Shown here piece by piece: positions 29,899 to 37,273 of a DNA stretch of 64,000 nt. Numbering within the stretch: the first letter of the stretch is position 1; each line of letters opens with the position of its first letter. The notes below the pieces were generated by a model. It was not told where the DNA came from and made no database searches. It worked only from the letters and a program-made list of their open reading frames with translations. The DNA lies in the IMG/VR virus record IMGVR_UViG_3300023181_000025, positions 62,001-126,000 of that record; one strand, written 5' to 3'. Position numbers and translations under genes: made by a program.

Positions 29899-29972
29899 GC
29901 GCCGTTAGCTCAGCGGTTAGAGCGGTCCGACTCTAAATTGGATTGTCGGGGTTTCGAATACCTCACGGCGCA
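29899..29972 (+). tRNA. amber suppressor tRNA (anticodon CTA)
   Basis: GCGCCGT/ACGGCGC, canonical D/T arms, TCCGA-CTCTAAA-TTGGA. Confidence 0.88.
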
Positions 29973-30185
29973 CTTTTGACTTAAAAGAAAACATGGTGAC
30001 TAAATGATTATTGTCATGGTTAAGCTAGAAAATACTGCTAGCAGATTATTTAGAGTGATGCGATAGCTTAGCAAGCTGAGATTATTCAAGGGTTGACAAC
30101 AGTTGCCTGATAATCTCAAATATCTAAAGAAAGTTAAAATATTTTCACTTTTTTCTTCCAAAATCTAAACTTTTAGTGTAAATAT

Positions 30186-30362
30186 ATGAAGCCAAAAATG
30201 ATTACAAGAGTTACAGCAACAGAATTTGAAACCGATGATGGAGTTATCCATGATATTCCGTTTGAATTAGATGAAGTTCCAACAGTTGAGGATTTTCAAC
30301 GAATCTATGACGAATGGTTCAGATTATTTCAACAGAAAGGATTGATAGACAAAAATGGATAA
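30186..30362 (+). CDS. 58-aa acidic protein at IS left end (absent from ORF track)
   Basis: MKPKMITRVTATEFETDDG...; stop overlaps tnpA start. Confidence 0.6.
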   Translation: MKPKMITRVTATEFETDDGVIHDIPFELDEVPTVEDFQRIYDEWFRLFQQKGLIDKNG

Positions 30363-30987
30363 AAAGATTCTATCAATTAGTGATGCTGCATCTATCTTAG
30401 GCGTTTCTGATGAAACTCTTAGAAATTGGGAAAGAGAAGGCAAAGTGATCCCATTTCATACGGAAGGTGGCCATAGACGCTATTATAGAACCGATATTGA
30501 GAAGTTGGCAGGAATCTATGTAGAAACTGTTAAAGAGTCTAGTGGTAAGCGTGTGGGTATCTATTGCCGTGTTAGCTCACATGAGCAGAAGACCAAAGGT
30601 GATTTAGAAAGACAGGTTGGCAGAATGACTACAGAGGCACTAAAACGTGGTTATTCTATTGTTGCGGTTTTTGATGAGGTAGGTTCAGGAATGAACGACA
30701 ATAGGAAGAAATTACAGAAACTTTTTGAATTGGTTGAGAAGAAAGAAATTGATGTAGTCTTAATCGAACATAAAGATAGATTGTCAAGGTTTTGTTTTAA
30801 TTATCTATTATCTTATTTTAATTCCTATGGGGTTAGAATTGAAAAAGTTGAAGAGGTAATGAGTAAGAGTTTCGAGAATGAACTCGTAGAAGATATTTTG
30901 TCTTTGATGGCTAGTTTTTCTGCTAAAATCTATGGACGTAGAAGTTCGCAGAATCGAAAGAAGAAAGAAAAGGAGGAACCAGAATGA
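30355..30987 (+). CDS. tnpA: IS607 serine-recombinase transposase
   Basis: MerR HTH (TLRNWE.EGK, GGHRRY), YCRVSS..QK.DL.RQ, KDRLSRF, ELVED, FSAKIYGRRS. Confidence 0.95.
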   Translation: MDKKILSISDAASILGVSDETLRNWEREGKVIPFHTEGGHRRYYRTDIEKLAGIYVETVKESSGKRVGIYCRVSSHEQKTKGDLERQVGRMTTEALKRGYSIVAVFDEVGSGMNDNRKKLQKLFELVEKKEIDVVLIEHKDRLSRFCFNYLLSYFNSYGVRIEKVEEVMSKSFENELVEDILSLMASFSAKIYGRRSSQNRKKKEKEEPE

Positions 30988-31691
30988 GACAGGAAATTTT
31001 ATATGGCGACTGTTTAGAGCTATTAAAAAACATTCCTGATAAATCAATTGATTTCATTTGTATTGACCCGCCATACGGTTTAACCGCTCCGAAATGGGAT
31101 TCTATTGTTTCTTTTGATTTTTTATGGGCTGAATTTAATAGAATTGGCAAAAATGGATATGTCGCGGCTATATTTGGCTGTCAACCATTCACTACGAAAG
31201 TTATTTGCTCTAATATAGAACAATTTAAATATTGTTGGTATTGGAATAAAAACCAAGGAACAAATTTCTTTCATGCCAAGAGAATGCCAATTAGAAAAGT
31301 TGAAGAAATATCTATTTTTGGCGGCAAAACATATAATCCACAAATTACGGATGGGCATATTCCTACCAATTCTGCTAAAGGCTGCTCCAACGGAAAAGCA
31401 TATCATGGAACCAATACGCGAAATTACGAAGGTGGGAAAACAACGCGATTTCCTGACAATATTTTAAATTTTAAATGCGTGGATAATTATTCGAGAGTTC
31501 ATTCCAGTCAAAAACCAGTTGAGCTTTTGGAGTATCTTATCAATACATATACTAATGAGAATGATGTTGTTTTGGATAGCTTTGCTGGTTCAGGCTCAAC
31601 TTTAGTAGCGGCAAAAAATCTCAATCGTCAATTCATAGGTATCGAAAAAGAAAAAGAATATTATTATATTTGTTTAGAAAGATTGAAATGA
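30984..31691 (+). CDS. N6-adenine/N4-cytosine DNA methyltransferase (beta class)
   Basis: DPPY precedes H..QKP..LL and VLDSFAGSGST. Confidence 0.92.
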   Translation: MRQEILYGDCLELLKNIPDKSIDFICIDPPYGLTAPKWDSIVSFDFLWAEFNRIGKNGYVAAIFGCQPFTTKVICSNIEQFKYCWYWNKNQGTNFFHAKRMPIRKVEEISIFGGKTYNPQITDGHIPTNSAKGCSNGKAYHGTNTRNYEGGKTTRFPDNILNFKCVDNYSRVHSSQKPVELLEYLINTYTNENDVVLDSFAGSGSTLVAAKNLNRQFIGIEKEKEYYYICLERLK

Positions 31692-32908
31692 TTTTACGCG
31701 CATACAAAACCGAGATTAGTGTTAATAACAAGCAACAAACCTTGTTATTGCAACATATCGGTTGTGCAAGATGGGCATATAATTGGGCATTAGCTAAAAA
31801 GAAAGAACAATTCGATAAAAAAGAAAAGATTCCTAATGCTATTGAACTTCATAGGGAATTAAACAAGTTAAAACAGTCGGAAGTTCCTTGGATGTATAAT
31901 TCAAGTAAGACTTCTCCACAAAATGCACTTAGAGATTGCGATAAGGCATTTCAAAATTTTTTCGCTCGTTGTAAGAGAAAAGTCAAAGGCAAGAAAGGAT
32001 TTCCTAAATTTAAATCCAAAAAGAACGAAAAACAGTCGTTTAGATTAGACGGAGCAATTTCAGTAGAGTCTGATTGTATTAAATTGCCACGAATCGGTAA
32101 ACTTAGATTAGCCGAGAAAGATTATATTCCCACTGATTGTAAAATACTATCTGCTACCGTCTCTAAACGAGCGGACAAATGGTTTATATCTATTCAAGTA
32201 GAAACGCCTGACAGAGAGCATCTTGACGCTAAGAACGAGGTAGTAGGAATTGATTTGGGAATTAAAACTTTGGCTACTTGTTCTGATGGAGCCATTTATG
32301 AAAATCCAAAAGCCTTAAAGAAAAATCTTAAAAGACTAAAACGTAAACAAAAACAATTAAGCAGAAAGAACAAGGGAATCAAAAACTATGGAAAAGTAAA
32401 ACAAAAATTAGCAAAATTACATTATCACATATCAAACATTCGTAAAGATTGCTTACATAAAATCACTTCTAAAATTATAGACGAAAACCAAGTCGTAGTT
32501 TTGGAAGATTTGAAAGTAAGCAATATGATGAAAAATCACTGTTTGGCGCAAGCTATCAGTGATGTTGGATTATTTGAATTTCGTCGTCAGATAGAATATA
32601 AAGCAAAATGGAATGGAAGAAAAGTTATCTTCGCGGATACCTTCTTTGCTTCCAGTAAGACTTGTAGCTGTTGCGGATGGAAAAATTCAGATTTGAAGTT
32701 GACAGATAGAATATTTGACTGTAAGATGTGTGATAATAAAATGGATAGAGATTTAAATGCAAGTTTGAATCTAAAACAAATTTATAGGGAAAGTTCTTCC
32801 CGAATTGACGCTTCTGGAGATGGGAGTTCATCAAACGCAAGTTTGGTTAGCCCGTCGTTGAACGAAGAATTTAACAAAAAATCGAGAGTTTATGTCCTAA
32901 AAAGATGA
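31688..32908 (+). CDS. tnpB: RNA-guided endonuclease TnpB
   Basis: RuvC GIDLG / VLEDL / DRDLNA intact; SSKTCSCCG...C..C zinc ribbon. Confidence 0.95.
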   Translation: MILRAYKTEISVNNKQQTLLLQHIGCARWAYNWALAKKKEQFDKKEKIPNAIELHRELNKLKQSEVPWMYNSSKTSPQNALRDCDKAFQNFFARCKRKVKGKKGFPKFKSKKNEKQSFRLDGAISVESDCIKLPRIGKLRLAEKDYIPTDCKILSATVSKRADKWFISIQVETPDREHLDAKNEVVGIDLGIKTLATCSDGAIYENPKALKKNLKRLKRKQKQLSRKNKGIKNYGKVKQKLAKLHYHISNIRKDCLHKITSKIIDENQVVVLEDLKVSNMMKNHCLAQAISDVGLFEFRRQIEYKAKWNGRKVIFADTFFASSKTCSCCGWKNSDLKLTDRIFDCKMCDNKMDRDLNASLNLKQIYRESSSRIDASGDGSSSNASLVSPSLNEEFNKKSRVYVLKR

Positions 32909-33147
32909 CTTTAGATTTTTGTAAGTTTAAAAGAACGGTGTTAAGTAAATTTTCTTGAGAATCGTTTAAGTTAAAATTTTATAAAAACATGAAGAAGAAA
33001 ACGGTAATTATAACTGATCCAAAAGAAATTACCCGCATTTGTTTAAATCAGCCAGCGGTTTCTGGTGAACGAATGAAGCAATCAATAATTTCACAAAACA
33101 AAAAAAATAAAATGAATACACATACGTAGGTTGAATTAAAAGAAGCA

Positions 33148-33681
33148 ATGGCCAATACGAAACAGACTGCAACACAATCTGTTTTAGAGCATGGAGAAAG
33201 TGTTTGGAAATACACCCAAAGAATCTTAAAACAAGATTTCGAAGGGATGAAAATTCCAAATTGGCTAAAAGATAATTTTGGAGAGATTATTAGCAATCTT
33301 CATTATCCAAAAACTATACAGGAGTATAACGAACTTCACGATTGCGGGAAACCGTATTGTCTTGAAGTTGATTCTGATGGCAAGAGGCATTTTCCAAATC
33401 ACGCCGAGGTTTCAAAGCGAGTTTATTTAAACTTGCCGGGAGCTAACAGTATAGTCGGCAACCTAATTGGTTTGGATATGATTTTTCATACATTTACTGC
33501 CGAAGAAATTACGGCGCTCAACCTATCAAAGCGAGACTCTTATACCTTGTTGGTAACAGCCTTGTCAGAAATACACAGTAACGCGGAAATGTTTGGAGGA
33601 ATTGAAAGTGTTTCTTTCAAACAAAAATGGAAAAAGCTTGATCGGCGCGGCAATATGATTATGAAGGGAGGCGCAGAATGA
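33148..33681 (+). CDS. HD-domain phosphohydrolase
   Basis: VLEHG, LHDCGKP, HFPNHAEVS. Confidence 0.7.
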   Translation: MANTKQTATQSVLEHGESVWKYTQRILKQDFEGMKIPNWLKDNFGEIISNLHYPKTIQEYNELHDCGKPYCLEVDSDGKRHFPNHAEVSKRVYLNLPGANSIVGNLIGLDMIFHTFTAEEITALNLSKRDSYTLLVTALSEIHSNAEMFGGIESVSFKQKWKKLDRRGNMIMKGGAE

Positions 33682-33992
33682 AAAGATATATGTATGTTGC
33701 CGTAAGGCAAGATATAAGCGGACCCCAGCAAGTAGTTCAGGCATGTCACGCGGCGATTGAAGCTAGTTGGACATATCATTTTGATGGATTTGAACACCCG
33801 TCTGTGATAGTTTTAGGAATGAAAAGCGAAAAAGATCTTAATAAGTTCACGAAATATCTTGACACTTTGGAGTTTGTCCATTATGACGAATTTCGTGAAC
33901 CGGATAGAGATAATGAACTGACAGCAGTTGCAACTGTTGCTATCGGAGAAGAATATAAACACTTATTTAAAAAATATCAATTGTTAAAGTAA
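33678..33992 (+). CDS. second Pth2-like protein
   Basis: MYVAVRQDIS..QQVVQACHA, FREPD..NELTAVA. Confidence 0.7.
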   Translation: MKRYMYVAVRQDISGPQQVVQACHAAIEASWTYHFDGFEHPSVIVLGMKSEKDLNKFTKYLDTLEFVHYDEFREPDRDNELTAVATVAIGEEYKHLFKKYQLLK

Positions 33993-34053
33993 ATATTTTT
34001 GGTTATTTTGACTTATAAAATGACCGGCCCTAATGAAAAGTTAAGGCGTCAAT

Positions 34054-34125
34054 GCTGCCGTCTTCTACTGGCTAGGAAAGCAGGCTTTCAACCTGAAAAA
34101 GGCGGATCGTAACCGCTCGGCAGCA
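34054..34125 (+). tRNA. tRNA-Glu(TTC)
   Basis: GCTGCCG/CGGCAGC, loop CTTTCAA. Confidence 0.88.
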
Positions 34126-34127
34126 CT

Positions 34128-34199
34128 TTTAATGTAATATAAGATAGCATCCCCTGCAATTGTGGCGGGGTTGTTCTGGTTCAAATCCAGACATTAAAT
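34128..34199 (+). ncRNA. tRNA-like RNA with non-canonical anticodon loop
   Basis: TTTAATG/CATTAAA, TCTGG-TTCAAAT-CCAGA, CCTGC-AATTGTG-GCGGG. Confidence 0.6.
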
Positions 34200-34204
34200 C
34201 ATTA

Positions 34205-34291
34205 GCGTTGGTTGGGGATATTGGTAGTCCTCGCGGAGCTGTAACCTCCGAAACTAATAATTCATTGGACGTTCGATTCGTCTCCAGCGCA
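34205..34291 (+). tRNA. tRNA-Tyr(GTA)
   Basis: CGGAG-CTGTAAC-CTCCG, long variable region. Confidence 0.88.
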
Positions 34292-34294
34292 CTG

Positions 34295-34540
34295 GTAATT
34301 TTAAGGAGGTTGGCTTAGAAGTAGCAATCCTTTAAAAAGTAGAATCTATTCTCCGAATGACCGTAGTAACAACTTGAAGAGAAAATAGAGTTGCGAACGC
34401 TAAACGTAAGCTAGGACTAGGGAGGTAAATCAATATGAGGTTGTAAGAACCTATGAATTGACATAGGCATATCGTGCGGCACTCCGTAATTGGTAAGGCT
34501 GCAAACCGTTCTTTTGGTGTAAAAACATACTTTTAATTAC
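34295..34540 (+). ncRNA. 23S rRNA GTPase-centre (H43/H44, uL11-binding) mimic with ~170-nt insert
   Basis: GGAGGTTGGCTTAGAAGTAGCAATCCTTTAAAAAGT ... GTGTAAAAACATACT, closed by GTAATT/AATTAC. Confidence 0.75.
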
Positions 34541-34572
34541 AAATTGAAACAATAAAATTTATTGTTTCAAAA

Positions 34573-34645
34573 GGCTCGTTGGTGAAATTGGATATCACTC
34601 CAGATTACGACTCTGAGGTTCCTGATTCGAGTTCAGGGCGGGCTA
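34573..34645 (+). tRNA. tRNA-Arg(ACG)
   Basis: loop TTACGAC. Confidence 0.88.
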
Positions 34646-34848
34646 CATGAATAACATTCCAAGAAGAAATGATATGAGCCAATGGGTTGAGGCTGAGGGA
34701 TTGATTTTTGATGCCCTTGTAGGGGTTGAATCTATGGGCGCAGACCCATTGCTGACAGATGCGGTTGTTTTGCTTGAGAAAGCGAGAAGTAAAGTGGCGG
34801 ATTATGTTGACAAGATGAATGAAATATTGTAACTTATAAAGAACATTA

Positions 34849-34922
34849 GCCGTGTTAGCTCAATTGGATAGAGCAGGAGGTTTCTACCCTCAAGGTTATG
34901 GGTTCGAGTCCCTTATGCGGCA
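34849..34922 (+). tRNA. tRNA-Arg(TCT)
   Basis: loop TTTCTAC, canonical arms. Confidence 0.9.
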
Positions 34923-34974
34923 CTTTAAAACATTTTTCTGAGTTCGAATCTCAGGTTGTCTATAGGAATAAAAA

Positions 34975-35256
34975 ATGAAATTACCAGTTCTATATGATGA
35001 GATTCCACCAAAAGAACGGTGGAAAGTTAGAGAAGAATATATCAAAGTTCAAGACGGTCTATGTCAACATTGCAAAAACCCCTTAGTGGGACTAGCTTCG
35101 ACAGAAGTAATGAGTAAAAAAATAAATTTAAACTTATTTCCTGAAGCATTTCTAGATCATCCAATCCATCTTCATCATTGCCATAAAACAGGCTTGACTA
35201 TTGGGGCTGTTCATGCTAGATGTAATGCAGTTTTGTTTCAGTATTATGGAGAATAA
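34975..35256 (+). CDS. endonuclease VII/HNH-like small nuclease
   Basis: Q.GLC.HC, HLHHCH.TG...G.VH.RCN. Confidence 0.7.
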   Translation: MKLPVLYDEIPPKERWKVREEYIKVQDGLCQHCKNPLVGLASTEVMSKKINLNLFPEAFLDHPIHLHHCHKTGLTIGAVHARCNAVLFQYYGE

Positions 35257-35682
35257 AAAAATAGATAACTTTCCTTTTGTTCCTGTTTTCTTTACGGAGG
35301 AAGAGGCAGAATTAGTTGATTGGGATGCAGTTTTTTCTGACGGTTTATTTGATGCACTTCAAACCAACAAAAATTTCAATAAAGATTTTGGAGGCAACTT
35401 TGTTGATAAAAATATGAAAATTTGTGGAAAAATAAGCGCACAAAAGACTAAAAAAAGATTTGAAAAAGGTTAATTACATACAGTGTCATCTCCAGAAGGG
35501 CGATAAACATCACATGGCGTGGATTCCTGAAAAGTTTGCCGTTATTGGAAAATTTATTAAAATTCATGAGGATGATGGTTGGGAAGTAAAAGGTGATGGC
35601 GGCGGAGGCAAAATAACCGCTAAAGAAGCCGATGAACTTTCCCAACTTTATAAGAAAACAAGAAAAGCTTCCGATATTTAAT

Positions 35683-36087
35683 ATGAACGAAAAAACTAAA
35701 CTATATTGCTTTCAAAAGGAAATAGTAGAACTAATAAATTCAAATAAAGACTCCCGAATTTTGGTTCTTATGGCTAGAGGCGGCGGGAAATCATTTTTAT
35801 TTGATTGGCTGACGCCAATAAAGGCAAGGAAGGAAAACGGCATTAGTCGATTTGCAAAATTCAACGGGACAACATTTATTGATGAAGTTGTTGATGAATA
35901 TTTACCTGAGAACCCGGTAGTTGTTTTTTCTTCTTATAGCGAATTATTGGATTATGGAGAATTTGATTTGATAATTAAGTTTGATATTAATAGGATATCA
36001 AGGGAATTATTTAACTTTTACGACAAAGATTTGGTAAAGTTTGTTCCCGAAGATGTTTATAGAAGAGATTTTTTGTGTAGAAAATAA
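35683..36087 (+). CDS. short terminase/SF2-ATPase-like protein
   Basis: LY.FQ.EI, MARGGGKS, FIDE. Confidence 0.45.
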   Translation: MNEKTKLYCFQKEIVELINSNKDSRILVLMARGGGKSFLFDWLTPIKARKENGISRFAKFNGTTFIDEVVDEYLPENPVVVFSSYSELLDYGEFDLIIKFDINRISRELFNFYDKDLVKFVPEDVYRRDFLCRK

Positions 36088-36092
36088 AATTT

Positions 36093-36186
36093 GATATCCA
36101 TTAGTAATAATGCCGAGCGGTGCGGAGGACGCTCTATTGCGTCGGAACCTGAAGAACAATAAACCGGCAAAATCTCAGGGGATATT
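36093..36186 (+). ncRNA. structured RNA with glycine-aptamer-like motifs
   Basis: GATATCC/GGATATT; GCGGAGGA, CCTGAAGAACAA, AAATCTCAGG. Confidence 0.35.
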
Positions 36187-36193
36187 TTTTAAA

Positions 36194-36269
36194 TGTGGAA
36201 TAGCTTAGCCCGGTTAAAGCCCGCGACTGATAATTGCGAGATCGTTCGGTTCAAATCCGACTTCCACAA
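36194..36269 (+). tRNA. tRNA-Ile(GAT)
   Basis: CGCGA-CTGATAA-TTGCG. Confidence 0.88.
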
Positions 36270-36270
36270 C

Positions 36271-36341
36271 TGCCCTTTAGTTTAATGGTAAAACTACACG
36301 TTTTGAGCGTGTCTTTCTCGGTTCGAGTCCGGGCGGGGCTT
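36271..36341 (+). tRNA. tRNA-Gln(TTG)
   Basis: ACACG-TTTTGAG-CGTGT. Confidence 0.88.
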
Positions 36342-36434
36342 CATAAATAAATAACCCGAGCGAGGGCTGATATCCAAGATGCCGAATCTCTACCTGTGCC
36401 AACGGGTAAGTTCTAAATTCAGAATTTATTTATA

Positions 36435-36506
36435 GTTCTTCTCGTCTAAAGCTTAGGACGGCTCCCGCGTCAGGGGGTTATTGTGGCTCGCGCCCACAGA
36501 GGAACG
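36435..36506 (+). ncRNA. tRNA-like RNA with ambiguous anticodon and atypical T-loop
   Basis: GTTCTTC/GAGGAAC, GTCT/GGAC, TGTGG-CTCGCGC-CCACA. Confidence 0.6.
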
Positions 36507-36510
36507 CTTA

Positions 36511-36710
36511 ATGGTGCGGCGCTGAAGGAAGCGCGACGAAGTTTGTAAGTCAGTCATGGAAAGGCGCGCTGGTCATTCAATAATAGAGTTGGGAAACCTT
36601 AATCGGTCTGAAGCCCGAACGCTCCACGTAGCCCATGCGGGGTCGTGTCTAAACCTCATCCGTCAGGATAAGTTACTGACCCCATAGCCGGTATCAAGCC
36701 CGGCCACCAT
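36511..36710 (+). ncRNA. ~200-nt tRNA-like (YrlA-type architecture) RNA
   Basis: ATGGTG/CACCAT, GCGC-TGAAGGAA-GCGC, GTCAGT/ACTGAC enclosing ~120 nt, GCCGG-TATCAAG-CCCGGC. Confidence 0.65.
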
Positions 36711-37273
36711 TTATTTTTCTTGACATTTAATGAGATTTTCTTTAACCTACGTCTCATGAAGAAGCCAAAAACATTAACTCCACCCCCGGTTGATACGCGG
36801 AAAGAATTGTTTGTTGAAACACAGTCTCGTTGTGAAAAAGATTATCATTCTGGAGAACAGTTTGGAAGCTGGGAGACAATATATGACTCTTTAGTAAAAA
36901 GAGTCTCCCGGAATTCTTCATTTTTAAACAAATGGTCTTTCGAGGCATTTAAGGTTCCGGACGAAGTCTATAATGCGCAAAGTGTATATGTGATTTATGT
37001 CATTTATAGTTCTGGAGATTCGTTTGGAAATTCTTCTGGGAATTTAGCGGTTGCATTTATTACAGAAATGCCCGACGAGGCTTTAGAATGTAAGAAAGCC
37101 CTTGAAGAACAAGGCTCTGACTGCAATTATGATTGCGAAACGAATCCTCGCCCTCTCCCGTGGGATAAAAACTTCCGTCATCATCCAAAAAGCGTGCGAT
37201 CAGGATTCGCCCCATGGTTTGGTTATTTCGAACACATTGAAAGTGTAGAAATTGGATTTTTCCCAATCATAGG

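Larger units (their letters stand above)
30103..32938 (+). mobile_element. IS607-family element with DNA methyltransferase cargo (left end approximate)
   Basis: tnpA-MTase-tnpB; right end ...GTAAGTTTAAAAGAACGG; TCTAAA motifs at 30118/30159 inverted relative to CTTTAGATTTTT at 32909. Confidence 0.85.

Noticed and set aside
29974-30185. Group I intron making the IS an IStron
   Set aside because: Structured part is short and I could not find P7/R-S core sequences
34295-34540. 23S rRNA gene or host contamination
   Set aside because: Similarity is confined to H43/H44, split by an insert and flanked by phage tRNAs
36114-36136. Sarcin-ricin-loop mimic (GAGCGGTGCGGAGGACGCTC)
   Set aside because: Lacks the AGUA and GAGA tetraloop; similarity too weak
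36354-36407. Theta/HDV-like ribozyme after tRNA-Gln
   Set aside because: Could not build P1/P3/L3 of the double pseudoknot
36511-36710. tmRNA or twister ribozyme (GCCGGTATCAAGCCCGG)
   Set aside because: No G3:U70 alanine acceptor or tag ORF; the motif is better explained as a T-arm
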